The notes: generated by a model not told the origin, from the sequence alone. 64,000 nt of DNA from an uncultured Methanoregulaceae archaeon (GCA_963701095.1 OY969564.1:352001-416000); one strand, 5' to 3'. Positions 1 to 10,170 are shown, counted from the first letter of the stretch. Made by a program: numbers and translations.

Positions 1-396
1 ATCAATCTCCCCTTTGTAGGGGGCCATAAAAAACCAGAGGAGTTCGTATGGATCAATAAGTTTCCGGCTGGGTATTATCGTCGTTGGATCGATACATTTC
101 CAAGAATTGATGATCTTGACGTTATACAGTTTGCCGTTGATTGTATCCGGTTTTTCATTCTCAACAGTAACTTCAACCAAGTCACCGGCAGCTGGTGGAG
201 AGCCGTACGGTGCGACATAGATCTCCTCTCGGGGCGTCGGAAGAAACGGCGATGGATCGAGGTAGAAAAGCCATGGTTGACCTTCTATGGGCCGGACAAA
301 ACCCGTATCCTGTCGATCAAAGATAAGTGCTCTTTCAATCTGAGCAAACTGATATCCGTTGTATCGTTCACCTAGGGATGGTTTCTTTTTTACCAT
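1..396 (-). CDS. Hypothetical protein, partial (3' end runs off the window); downstream of type III res
   Basis: ATG at 396 with an AGGTAGGT RBS-like sequence upstream. Open for 132 codons (MVKKKPSLGERYNGYQFAQIERALIFDRQ...) to the window edge. Not in the ORF track. Confidence 0.6.
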   Translation of the reverse strand, partial: MVKKKPSLGERYNGYQFAQIERALIFDRQDTGFVRPIEGQPWLFYLDPSPFLPTPREEIYVAPYGSPPAAGDLVEVTVENEKPDTINGKLYNVKIINSWKCIDPTTIIPSRKLIDPYELLWFFMAPYKGEID

Positions 397-420
397 TTAA
401 CCTACCTCTTTTCTCCTTAC

Positions 421-3210
421 CTATCTGTGGGTCTCTATAATCTCCACGATATCTTTTGGGTTCTTCGATACAGCCCATTCCCATTTGCCAAAACCACCCT
501 GCGAGTTTACTGCTCGAATCCATTCGTCGAGGAACTCCCGTTTCGTTCGGTCTTGTTGGGTATCTTGTCCTTTAACTTCGAGGACAAGATGTTTACCACT
601 CTTGAGCTTGATGATAAAGTCCGGACGGTATTTATGGATAATACCTTGGTACGTGTAGGTGATCTCGAAGCCGAGGTGATCGTTCTTGACCCAGGCCTCT
701 ACATTCTCGTTTCGGTCGAGTTCCCAAGATTCGCTGGCTTCCCAACGGCTGTCATACACGCAATGGTTGATATGAGATTTCTTCGTATACTCGCATGGCT
801 TGCTGGTATACCATGGACGCATATCGGACGTGCTTTTGATCGGATGCTCACGGTCATAGTTGGGCAAGAGTGTCTGAGTATTCTCGAACCGGATAGCCTC
901 CCAGATGTGCTGGACCACCTTGTTCATGTTGAGGGTAATGATGATCCGACGTCTCATATCCTCCTTGTCATAGAAGTCAGGATCCACCCTGATCTTACGG
1001 GACCGGACGACTTTTTCAACGAGGGGAATGATCTGGGCGATGAGGACATCCTTGTTACCATTCCATGAGGGCTGTACCTGCTCGTAGACCTCTTTGGCGG
1101 TATCGAAGATGATCTTCTGCATCCGGAACTTCTCGGAGAGTTTCTGAAGGTCTATAGTTGTGATCTTGGTGATGTCCGGCTTGCCGTCAAGTAACGGCGC
1201 GAGTTCGGCAAGGGTTGCTGTATCCTGAGCGCGAAGAACCAAGGGCTTCACTCTCTCAATATCGATGGACAATACAGGTCTGTACATGTGGTAGATACTG
1301 AGGATATTGGGCCAGTGGATCTCAAACTTCTGTTTTTCTGGGGCAGGATTGATCTGCATCTTGGGTGCTGGGGGTGGCGGAGGTCCGTCCTGTGATGTTT
1401 CATGGGGCAGGAATGTGAACGGCACTCCAAAAATGTTGACGTATTCCGGATCAAAGAATCCCTTATCGTTCAGTTCGTAGGAGGTTCTGCGGAGCCCCCG
1501 GCCCACTACCTGTTCACATAACAGCTGGCTTGTAAATGCACGTAGCCCGAGGATGTGAGTGACGGTCTTGGCATCCCACCCCTCGGAAAGCATTCCGACC
1601 GAGATGATGTTCTGGTATTGTTCGCCAGGTTTACCGAGCTGCCCGACGGTATCGACAATCATACGGAGTTGTTCGGCATTCTGTTGTTTGGTTAGCTTCG
1701 GACTAATTTCCTCGGGTGTATCGTCCTGTTCTGCCGGGACTTCCCCTAGTTCGATAATGTCATCTTGTTCTTCCGCTTCACCAAGGAGCTTTGAATCAAT
1801 GCGGAGTGTCCGGTCCGGGTTACAGAGTTCAGGGATACGAACCTTGTTCTTATCGAAGGAATACTTGATCCGCGCTGAGGTCTCGACACGGTTTGCAACC
1901 GTGATCATGACGGGAGGGGTCTTGTAGCCTTCCTCTTCCCAGCGTTTCTTGGCTTCGAGCCAGTCGAGTCCCAGAAGGTAGTACGCGTGGATGATCAGGT
2001 CCGGAAGCGGCTCATTCTCAGCAGCCCTGCGGTTGAGATCTTCCCTGACTTCGGCATCGTTGTAGATGTGGTATAACCGCGATTTGAAGTTTGCAGCCAC
2101 ATTACTATCATCACGGACAACAACACGGGGAGTCTTGACCAAGCCTGACTCTATGGCATCGTTGAGTCCGAAGTCGCTGACAATCCAACCGAAGAGATCC
2201 TCGTTCTTGCTTTTCAGGCCCATTGGGATGAACGGTGTCGCCGAGAAGTCGTAACAAGTCTGGATGGTCCGGGCTTTGTGGATCCGGTCGAGTGCACCGA
2301 TCCAGACGGTTGCCTCCTCGATATCCTTCTTCTTTTTACCGATCTCCACGTCTTGTGCAGGTACGCGCCAGGCATGGTGAGCTTCGTCATTTATGACAAG
2401 GATGTTGTTCGTTGTACTAAGCTCTCCCATCACGCTGCGGACATACGCCTCGTCGCTCAGGGCACCACGTTTGTCCACGCTATGCCGCTTTTGGATCTGC
2501 TCTTCGGAGTCCCACTGGAGTGCATGTCTGTTGCGGACGAGAACCTTGCCCTGCCGGAGTTTGTCATCAAGGCCCTGCGGAATGATGCTGAACTCTTCGT
2601 AATAGTTGCCGTTGTACGATGGTATCAGAACCTGCAACCGGCTCCTGATGGTCAACCCAGGTGCAATAACAAATACGTTCTTTGAGAACCGAGCGTCCTG
2701 CGGGTAGGTTACTTTGTTGAGGATCTGCCACGCGATAAGCATGGACATGACGATAGTCTTGCCGGATCCCGTCGCCATCTTGCAGCAGATACGCGGGAAC
2801 AGACTGCCATCGTTGGGAATATCGATGCCTACTCTCTGTGATTCTGGAGCTTCGATGAGCCAGATGAGGGTTTCAATGGCTTCGAGCTGGCAGAAGAAGA
2901 ACCGTCGGTTTTCCCGCTCCTCGGGATTGTACCAATATTCGAGGAGCCGCCGGGTTATACCTGTTACACCTGGGTATCCTGCCTCCCGCCATTCTTTGAC
3001 ACGTTTCCGGATAGTATTTACCAATGGGATCTCGATGAAGTGTCCTGCATCGTCAAAGGACTTGGAGTGCTCTGATGCAACCAGATATCCCGCTCTCCGT
3101 CGCCCGACCTTTTTCTCGAACCGCTTGGTCTTGAAGTTGTAATCCCAGTATAGTTTTGGTTCGTCAAACGGGTTGTTGAGGATGAGCTGGTCGATTTCAC
3201 CGGTTGCCAT
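421..3210 (-). CDS. res: Type III restriction enzyme Res subunit (SF2 helicase/ATPase plus PD-(D/E)XK nuclease)
   Basis: Walker A MATGSGKT, DEAHH, motif III FSATP, EGWD and motif VI QVVGRGLRR; C-terminal YRPDF...LEVKG nuclease; TGATG overlap with mod. Confidence 0.92.
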   Translation of the reverse strand: MATGEIDQLILNNPFDEPKLYWDYNFKTKRFEKKVGRRRAGYLVASEHSKSFDDAGHFIEIPLVNTIRKRVKEWREAGYPGVTGITRRLLEYWYNPEERENRRFFFCQLEAIETLIWLIEAPESQRVGIDIPNDGSLFPRICCKMATGSGKTIVMSMLIAWQILNKVTYPQDARFSKNVFVIAPGLTIRSRLQVLIPSYNGNYYEEFSIIPQGLDDKLRQGKVLVRNRHALQWDSEEQIQKRHSVDKRGALSDEAYVRSVMGELSTTNNILVINDEAHHAWRVPAQDVEIGKKKKDIEEATVWIGALDRIHKARTIQTCYDFSATPFIPMGLKSKNEDLFGWIVSDFGLNDAIESGLVKTPRVVVRDDSNVAANFKSRLYHIYNDAEVREDLNRRAAENEPLPDLIIHAYYLLGLDWLEAKKRWEEEGYKTPPVMITVANRVETSARIKYSFDKNKVRIPELCNPDRTLRIDSKLLGEAEEQDDIIELGEVPAEQDDTPEEISPKLTKQQNAEQLRMIVDTVGQLGKPGEQYQNIISVGMLSEGWDAKTVTHILGLRAFTSQLLCEQVVGRGLRRTSYELNDKGFFDPEYVNIFGVPFTFLPHETSQDGPPPPPAPKMQINPAPEKQKFEIHWPNILSIYHMYRPVLSIDIERVKPLVLRAQDTATLAELAPLLDGKPDITKITTIDLQKLSEKFRMQKIIFDTAKEVYEQVQPSWNGNKDVLIAQIIPLVEKVVRSRKIRVDPDFYDKEDMRRRIIITLNMNKVVQHIWEAIRFENTQTLLPNYDREHPIKSTSDMRPWYTSKPCEYTKKSHINHCVYDSRWEASESWELDRNENVEAWVKNDHLGFEITYTYQGIIHKYRPDFIIKLKSGKHLVLEVKGQDTQQDRTKREFLDEWIRAVNSQGGFGKWEWAVSKNPKDIVEIIETHR

Positions 3211-5831
3211 CAGTCAACCTCGATGATCTTGATACTCTCTATGCCTCGGTCATCGACAATCTTTACTGCGATGGTATTGTAGGTCCCGAGTTTGAAAGGC
3301 AAGGATGTTGTCCCATGGTATGCTTCCATGAGCTCTTCATCAATCTCGGCCTTGAGGTTATTTGCCAGTCGTGACCAGCCGCCCTTCTCGTCTGCCATCG
3401 GGAAGAAAACCTGCTTGGGATAGAGGCTGCGGCCATCGTAATCGGTGTCCAACATCCAGACAGCAATATTGTGGGCTCCACCCGATACCACCGAGCCATT
3501 CTTAGTATCGTAGTAATCAAACCCGAGCACCTGCACCTTGTATTTGCCCTTGTCATCCCCATCCTTGATCTTATCTAATTGCACATCCGGCTGTCCGATC
3601 AACCAGAAGCTCTCGTTGCTGATCCGTTTCTTCTTCAGGTCATCAGTAAGGAGGTCGGCGTTCATCTGGACCTTGAGGAGCGTGACATCTTTCCAGTTGG
3701 TCTCATCGACATTCTTGGCAGCTTCAGGATCAAACTGGAATGCCACGAATAACACGATGTTGGGTTTGGGCACACGTCGCTCTGCTTCCTTAATCGCCAG
3801 CTCAACCTGTTTCGGCTCCAACGGTGCGTGTTCCGGCCCGAATGAAATTACGACGGTCTGCGGATTTGTTTCTTTTGTTGCTGCCTCGGCATGGAGCCAT
3901 CGTGCGCCGGATATCGGTTCAACACGGGAGAACTCGATCTTTTGCCCACCTTTGCCTCGGATACCTGTGCGGAGTAGTTCGTCCCTCCAATCGCTCTGAC
4001 GCAGAGTTTCTCCACTGCGAGCAATTGAATCATCTGCGGGGGTTTTCACATCGGGTTCAAAGAGGGGTTTGACAGTGGGGGATGGAACTGCTTCAACGGT
4101 GAATGGGCCAGTTACCCTAATTCTAGACTTATCGAGTATAGGCTGATCAAACAAAGTTTCAGAGGATGGAGGTTCGAGATTTGCAATAGAGCGTAGTGTA
4201 ACGTGCGGAACGGTCTTGTATCGGAATCCACTTCCAACACCCTCCTGATGGCTCTGGAGTTCATAATATTCAAAGATCGAAGTCATGAGTCGTTGTCTTG
4301 TGAGGGTAATTGCAACCCGGGATGTATCACAGGAAATCCAGCGACGGCCCCACTGTTCAGATACAACTGACGTTGTGCCAGAACCACAGGTTGGATCAAG
4401 AATGAGGTCTCCTGGATCGGTCGTCATTAAAAGACAACGCGCAATTACCTTTGTTGATGTTTGAACAACATACTGTTTATCGACGGCAAATGTACTCTGA
4501 ATTGTGTCGTCCCAGAAATTATTGATCGTAGAAACCGGGAAATCATCTGCATATCGTTTAAACGCCAAAGTATTGCCTATACCAATCAATCGGGTCATCT
4601 TGGCAAGATTTTGCATCCCTGAAAGATTGGTTTTCCATGAGTTATTTTTTGAAGGTAAATACTGTTTATTATTGAATGTAAACGGAAATGTGGTCGTTTC
4701 TGATTTACCTTGAGATGTCAAATTGTCCGATCTGAATAATTTACCTTTGACAAGCTCATTTTCATTATCTTTAACAGTGTGACGCTTTACTGTTCCATCA
4801 GGAAGTTCAATCCAACTAAAGGATGCAAGTTCTTTCCGCGTATACTCTTTAAATATTTGATGATATTTGAGATTGTTCTTGGATTTTGCATACCACAATA
4901 GAATATCATAAACCCCTGCAAGCAATTTAGTTGGACTACCACTTGTTTTTAGGAACGGGATTTGTGCAACAAAATTTTCTTTTCCAAATACCTCGTCCAG
5001 AATCTCCCGAACGTGATGTAAATTTTCATCTGAGATCTGAACGAAAACGCTACCACTATCAGTGAGTAATTCACGGGAGAGCAGTAGCCTGTCCCGCAGG
5101 TATGTCAGATAGGAATGGATACCGAGTTCCCAAGTGTCTCTGAATGCCTTAACCATCTCCGGTTCCTGTGTCAGGTCCTCGTCCTTTCCATCAACGACGT
5201 TCCGTTTATTAACAAAAGGCTGGAAATTTGACCCATACTTGATCCCATACGGCGGATCGATATATATCATCTGAACTTTGCCAGCCATACCCTCCTTCGC
5301 CAGCAGGGAGTTCATCACCAACAGGGAATCCCCGGCAATCAGTCGGTTTGACCAACCGTGTTTGTGCTTGTAGAATTCGATGGCTTCACGGATGGGGGGG
5401 TTTTCCCCGGCATATTCAAAAAGGGAGACCTGGCGTTCACCAGCGCCATTGCGTTTCTTTACGGCATTGATGAGGGTATAGGGGTCGATACGTTCGTGGA
5501 CATGCAGAGAAACGGTGGGAACGTCAAACGAGGTGTGCTCCACCTTGCCGGCCCATTGCAGTTGGGGATCAAGGTGGGGATCGTACTGGTAGGTCTTCTT
5601 CTCACCTTCAGGATCAGTCTCTGCACGTACAAGGCCGATGGGGGGATTGTTGCAGCGTGTCTTATCCTTATGGTCGTATTGCTCGATCTGCTTCTTGGAC
5701 TCGGCCTTGACCGAGCTGGCCTTCGTGATTTTGGTCTTTGTCTCGTCTGGTGACCGCGTATCTGCGGTTATCTCGTATTCTGCGGTGGTTTCTGATACTC
5801 CAGTAGTCTTCGGTTTGCGTCCCCGTGGCAT
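3210..5831 (-). CDS. mod: Type III R-M Mod subunit, N6-adenine DNA methyltransferase (beta class)
   Basis: Catalytic IYIDPPY precedes the TRD, followed by SAM-binding LDPTCGSGTT; translationally coupled to res. Confidence 0.92.
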   Translation of the reverse strand: MPRGRKPKTTGVSETTAEYEITADTRSPDETKTKITKASSVKAESKKQIEQYDHKDKTRCNNPPIGLVRAETDPEGEKKTYQYDPHLDPQLQWAGKVEHTSFDVPTVSLHVHERIDPYTLINAVKKRNGAGERQVSLFEYAGENPPIREAIEFYKHKHGWSNRLIAGDSLLVMNSLLAKEGMAGKVQMIYIDPPYGIKYGSNFQPFVNKRNVVDGKDEDLTQEPEMVKAFRDTWELGIHSYLTYLRDRLLLSRELLTDSGSVFVQISDENLHHVREILDEVFGKENFVAQIPFLKTSGSPTKLLAGVYDILLWYAKSKNNLKYHQIFKEYTRKELASFSWIELPDGTVKRHTVKDNENELVKGKLFRSDNLTSQGKSETTTFPFTFNNKQYLPSKNNSWKTNLSGMQNLAKMTRLIGIGNTLAFKRYADDFPVSTINNFWDDTIQSTFAVDKQYVVQTSTKVIARCLLMTTDPGDLILDPTCGSGTTSVVSEQWGRRWISCDTSRVAITLTRQRLMTSIFEYYELQSHQEGVGSGFRYKTVPHVTLRSIANLEPPSSETLFDQPILDKSRIRVTGPFTVEAVPSPTVKPLFEPDVKTPADDSIARSGETLRQSDWRDELLRTGIRGKGGQKIEFSRVEPISGARWLHAEAATKETNPQTVVISFGPEHAPLEPKQVELAIKEAERRVPKPNIVLFVAFQFDPEAAKNVDETNWKDVTLLKVQMNADLLTDDLKKKRISNESFWLIGQPDVQLDKIKDGDDKGKYKVQVLGFDYYDTKNGSVVSGGAHNIAVWMLDTDYDGRSLYPKQVFFPMADEKGGWSRLANNLKAEIDEELMEAYHGTTSLPFKLGTYNTIAVKIVDDRGIESIKIIEVD

Positions 5832-6016
5832 TGGATCCCTCTCTCGTTGAAGAGAGATGGAATCGCATCAGCGTTAATGTTTGTGAAATATATTGATATT
5901 GAGAATTATTGGATTTCGACAATAAGTTCATTGTTTGAAATAGGGATTTACTGAACACTAAATTTTGTTGAGCTTAATATATCTAATAAGAAAATCCCTA
6001 AATGAGTTCGGATCAG

Positions 6017-6230
6017 CAACTTTCCCGACTTTTTTTGTCCGATTGTAAAACAGAGAGAATTTTTACGTAAATTTAATAGAGCAAAAGGACACTAGTCACG
6101 TAATCTGATTACCTATTGTTACAATCTGGTGTAAAAAATTGGAAAAATCGCTTAATACGGGCTCCTATTGACAACTTTCCCGAGCTTTTTTTGCCCGATT
6201 TCAAAATGAGGGAAATATTCACGTGAACCT
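6017..6230. repeat. Imperfect ~55-bp direct repeat (copies start at 6017 and 6172) in the AT-rich region upstream of mod
   Basis: caactttcccga-ctttttttgtccgattgtaaaacagagagaatttttacgtaaa vs caactttcccgagctttttttgcccgatttcaaaa-tgagggaaatattcacgtgaa. Confidence 0.75.
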
Positions 6231-6286
6231 TATCTAATAACTCATATCATTCGGTAAATGCCTATTACGAAATTGCATGATTGTGA

Positions 6287-7186
6287 GCACAGGTTCACGT
6301 CGTCGGATACATCGACCAGTCAGTAACCACAACCACCGCACTCGACACCGCAGCCCGGTTCTACGACAATGCCCTCGTAGACCCGCTTCGCCAGACCCTC
6401 ATCGGTCGGAAAGTTATCGCAGACAACCCCTCCGTAAAGGGAGACGGTATCTTCAACGTGGATGTCAACTACATCCGCGAAATGAGCTCCGGCACTATCG
6501 CCTACTCCCTGCCCTCTGGCAGAGAAGGACGCGACATGATCCGGGTCGACGGCACGAATGTCAACCTGCCGATCCTCTTCAAAGAGTTTGAAGTTCCCCG
6601 CATGGACTTTGAGGCATGGTCAACCAAGAACGTTCCGCTCGACGCAGCCGCCGCGATCTCCGCCGCGCAGATGGTCGGCGTTCAGGAAGATCAGCTCATC
6701 CTCAAGGGATGGAACCCGAACAACGACGGCACCACCTTCACGATCCCCGGTATGCTCAACGTAGCCAGCGCACAGGCCATCACGACCTCGCTCTCGTTCG
6801 CAACCGCAGGGAACGCAACCAAGGCAATCGCCGCCGCGTTCGCAGCCTTTGAACAGGCAAATGCACTGTCACAGGCATACAACCTGATCATCAACCCGAC
6901 ATCATGGGCGAACCTGCTCTCTGCACGGTTCCCGACCTCGAACCAGCGTGAAATGCCCGAAATCATGGAGCTCATCAACTTCGGCAACGCAGACGGCCCC
7001 GGTCGCATCTACGTTACCCCTGTGTTCTCCGCAGGTCAGGGCGTCCTCGCACCGGTCGATCCCGGTCGCGTGAACATGGAAATCTACGTTCCGCGTGAGA
7101 TCAGCGTCGATCTCGGCTACGACTCACGGATGCCGAACACGTCGAACATCTACGGTATGGTCTGGGGACAAAATTTACTGACCTAA
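6287..7186 (+). pseudogene. Remnant of an HK97-fold/encapsulin-like major capsid protein gene of an archaeal tailed virus; native start missing, C-terminus apparently truncated
   Basis: Stop-free frame from 6287: ...ALDTAARFYDNALVDPLRQTLIGRKVI...EMSSGTIAYSLP...EDQLILKGW...YNLIINP...IYGMVW, resembling Linocin_M18-like capsid proteins of methanogen proviruses. Strong C-ending codon bias ends abruptly at about 7165. Confidence 0.7.
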
Positions 7187-7285
7187 ATCCGCGATATAAT
7201 CCATTGTCCAACCTCGCACACCCGCTCGCCATACAGCATATATAAGACCACATCTCTACGTTGAAACACAACCAGAGGAAACACC

Positions 7286-8449
7286 ATGATATCGAGCGAT
7301 TTTATGAATGATTCAGAAATCAGGAAAGGCCTTCAACGACGAATAAGGGAAGCACGAGGCCGTGCAAAAAAAGGATCTGACTTTGATCTCACCGTTGAGT
7401 ACCTTCAGGCCTTGTTCGTTAAACAGGACGGCCTTTGCTACTACACGAAGAAACCAATGACTTGGGCCTCAAACGTATACAATACCGTTGCAATTAGCAG
7501 GTTGGATCCGGATGGGCCATTTACACAAGCAAATGTTGTCTTGAGCTGCTTAATTGTTACAAATATGAAAAATTCGTATAGTGATGAGACTACCTTTGAA
7601 TACTGCCAATCTGTTGTTAATAATCCCCTTCCTCTGAATGAGCACCGCCTTATGAAACGTTATGATGAAGAGTCTCATCTTTTACTGCGTCCATCAAGTC
7701 ATGGCACCGGTCTAACCGATATAAAAAATCAGCAAAGCCTGAAAGGAACTCGTCTATCATTAAAAATCATATCAACATCCCCTCGTAAGGACAGAAAGAA
7801 AAGCAATGAAGAGCTTGCACCATATTACTTGAAAGAATGCAGTGATTGTGAGAAAATTTTACCGTTGGATTGCTTTGGATCTGATCGCACCAGACCAGAT
7901 GGTCGGGATTATAAATGCCGAGAATGCGAACGGCAACGAAGCTTGGGAAGAGTAAACCTCGAAGAGCTTATAAAGGGAAAAGCATGGAATGCCAAAATTC
8001 GGTCGTCGAAAAAAGGGATCGCATGTGGCATTTCAGTTGACCTCCTGATGTCGATATTGGAACAGCAAAAGGGACTATGCTATTACACAAAAAAACGTCT
8101 AACAGGTGTGCCTGGAAATCTCGATAACGTTTCAATCGATCGCGTCGACTCTACGAAACCTTATGTCCGAGAAAATGTAGTCCTGTGCTGTGAAGCCATC
8201 AATATAATGAAAAACGAGATGAGCTATGAAAATTTCTTAGACTACTGCAATGCAATTGTCGCCCATCCGCTGTCTCTCAATGATCCACGTCTTCAAAAAC
8301 GTCCCAACGAAAGTCAAGGCTCGAAACGACGGAAGGCAGCGGAGGATAAGAAACCCGACCTTCATGATTTTATATTCGAAAAACACGGAATCGGTGGGTT
8401 TAGTGTTAGGAAAAGACTTCCTGAACAGAACCCCCAGATTGTTCTCTAA
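7286..8449 (+). CDS. Protein with two tandem His-Me finger (HNH-like) endonuclease domains separated by a C4 zinc ribbon
   Basis: Repeat 1: QDGLCYYTKKPM...AISRLDPDGPFTQANVVLSCLIVTNMKN. Repeat 2: QKGLCYYTKKRL...SIDRVDSTKPYVRENVVLCCEAINIMKN. Linker: CSDC...CREC. Confidence 0.72.
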   Translation: MISSDFMNDSEIRKGLQRRIREARGRAKKGSDFDLTVEYLQALFVKQDGLCYYTKKPMTWASNVYNTVAISRLDPDGPFTQANVVLSCLIVTNMKNSYSDETTFEYCQSVVNNPLPLNEHRLMKRYDEESHLLLRPSSHGTGLTDIKNQQSLKGTRLSLKIISTSPRKDRKKSNEELAPYYLKECSDCEKILPLDCFGSDRTRPDGRDYKCRECERQRSLGRVNLEELIKGKAWNAKIRSSKKGIACGISVDLLMSILEQQKGLCYYTKKRLTGVPGNLDNVSIDRVDSTKPYVRENVVLCCEAINIMKNEMSYENFLDYCNAIVAHPLSLNDPRLQKRPNESQGSKRRKAAEDKKPDLHDFIFEKHGIGGFSVRKRLPEQNPQIVL

Positions 8450-8540
8450 TGGGATTAGGGATACTAGATATAATGAACAAAAAAATTTTGTTAAGGCTTT
8501 TTATTTAAACATACCATTGCGAATCGTTTCGAGACTGATA

Positions 8541-8711
8541 TTATGACGATACCTCCATTGATTCCGTGATGGTGATGTAACCAAGTTCAGCTGCTATACG
8601 TCCCCAACCAGCCAATCCATAGAACTTCTCAAAGTTTTGAATGGCGTTCCGGGAAATTTTTACTGGATACTTAAGAGTACAAGTTTTTTCTGTCTGTACG
8701 ATGCATGACAT
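8541..8711 (-). CDS. Small hypothetical protein (56 aa) downstream of the integrase
   Basis: ATG at 8711 with GGTGA RBS 4 nt upstream; MSCIVQTEKTCTLKYPVKISRNAIQNFEKFYGLAGWGRIAAELGYITITESMEVSS. Below the ORF-track cutoff. Confidence 0.55.
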   Translation of the reverse strand: MSCIVQTEKTCTLKYPVKISRNAIQNFEKFYGLAGWGRIAAELGYITITESMEVSS

Positions 8712-8886
8712 TATGTCACCAGGTCTGTCTGTGTGTCACCCGGCGGGAGCGGGAACTGTCGCCGGGTTTACGGATTCTACAACAATACAAAATAAATAAA
8801 AAAAAAGGATGGTCTGACTCGTTATCACCTCGGAACGAGACAGGGAGAGTTGATCATCTATTTATGAGTAATTGAAGTTTGCATAA

Positions 8887-10104
8887 TTAGGTGGGTACTT
8901 GCATCTGATTCTGGGCCATCCGTTCCTGGGCGAGGCGAAGCATGATTTCAGGTTTGTCCTCAGAAATTCTTCGTAGTGTAGTGAATTGAGCTGCAGCATC
9001 ATCCGTGAGCTGGTGTCCGCATACATAGCAATAACCGGAAAATGGAGGGTTCACCGTTTGACAGTGTGGACATTGCTTAGGAGTCATTTGTTGTTCTTTT
9101 GCCTTTTTTTGCGGCTCAATGCCGTACAGGCGTAAAACTTCGTTATCAACATCTAAACCTGTCAGATGAAGGTATGTTTTAAACATTCGGGAATCAACGG
9201 AACCCCACATAATTTGACTAATAACGCTTTGCGCCATACCTTGTTTCATCAAGTCGGTTACCCGTGTGTGCCTGAAGAAGTGCGATGTAATATGTCTCTC
9301 GATACCAGCCCGTATTATGATACGGTCAATGGATCTCGATACTGAACCATGTGTTAGAGGCTTGTCACGCTTAGTCAGAAAAACCAATGCCGATCCTTCA
9401 GGTACTTCCGGATATATTGACTTCCATTTTGCCAAATATCCTACTGACATTATGAGCCGAACGTACCGCGGTTTATTGGTTTTAAAATTCACGTTAACAA
9501 CCACACCATAATCATCGAACTTGACCTGCGACCATGTAAGTGTTCCAAGTTCTCCGATTCTAAAGCCCCCTTCATAGAGCATCATAAAAAGGGCACGATC
9601 ACGGTCACTTAAACAGGCTTGGATAAATCGGGATAGCTCATCAGGTGTGATAAGATCGGCAGCCGTTTTTGTCATTGCATCCTTCGACGGATTTTTTATT
9701 GCCCTGACCTTCTCAAGTGGGATCGAAGAGTGGTTATTGATAATGGCCCAAGTATAAAATTGTTTTAAAATTTTTATAAAATCTACAATAGTGTTTTGCT
9801 TATACGGCTTGCCTTTTTCGTTGACTGCGTTTTTGATTGTTGGTATAGCCTTATGGAGATCAGTAATCGTATTTTTTGAATATTCACCAACAAACCGCCG
9901 CAGTGATACGAGCGTAAAAGTGAGTTTATTGACCCGTTGGATACTGATATCGTTCGTGGCCTGCATCTCAGCGCAAAAAGCCTTAATTAAATCTGCGTCC
10001 TGTTGTGTTAACCGACCTTTTGCGATGGCAGCATTGATTGAGTTGTCCGCATATTCGGGGCGTACCAGATTAAAGGCGGATGCAACAGGCTTGTCTCGGC
10101 TCAT
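8887..10104 (-). CDS. Tyrosine recombinase/integrase with C-terminal zinc ribbon
   Basis: GFRIGEL (R), FKT (K), HFFRH (HxxR), W...KTY (W/Y) catalytic set; CPHC...CYVC ribbon; starts about 65 bp past the tRNA 3' end. Confidence 0.92.
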   Translation of the reverse strand: MSRDKPVASAFNLVRPEYADNSINAAIAKGRLTQQDADLIKAFCAEMQATNDISIQRVNKLTFTLVSLRRFVGEYSKNTITDLHKAIPTIKNAVNEKGKPYKQNTIVDFIKILKQFYTWAIINNHSSIPLEKVRAIKNPSKDAMTKTAADLITPDELSRFIQACLSDRDRALFMMLYEGGFRIGELGTLTWSQVKFDDYGVVVNVNFKTNKPRYVRLIMSVGYLAKWKSIYPEVPEGSALVFLTKRDKPLTHGSVSRSIDRIIIRAGIERHITSHFFRHTRVTDLMKQGMAQSVISQIMWGSVDSRMFKTYLHLTGLDVDNEVLRLYGIEPQKKAKEQQMTPKQCPHCQTVNPPFSGYCYVCGHQLTDDAAAQFTTLRRISEDKPEIMLRLAQERMAQNQMQVPT

Positions 10105-10170
10105 CTGGAGCAAAATGAGCGTTAAGTTCTATATATGCTGTGTGGCAGAGACTCTAACCTAATGGCCGGA

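Noticed and set aside
427..3142. Long antisense and alternative-frame ORFs over res (and similar ones over hem, kinase and IS genes)
   Set aside because: These are shadow ORFs of well-supported genes, with no motifs or RBS.
6458..7186. Functional cellular encapsulin nanocompartment
   Set aside because: No native start, clipped C-terminus, no cargo gene, and location beside an integrase favour a viral capsid relic.
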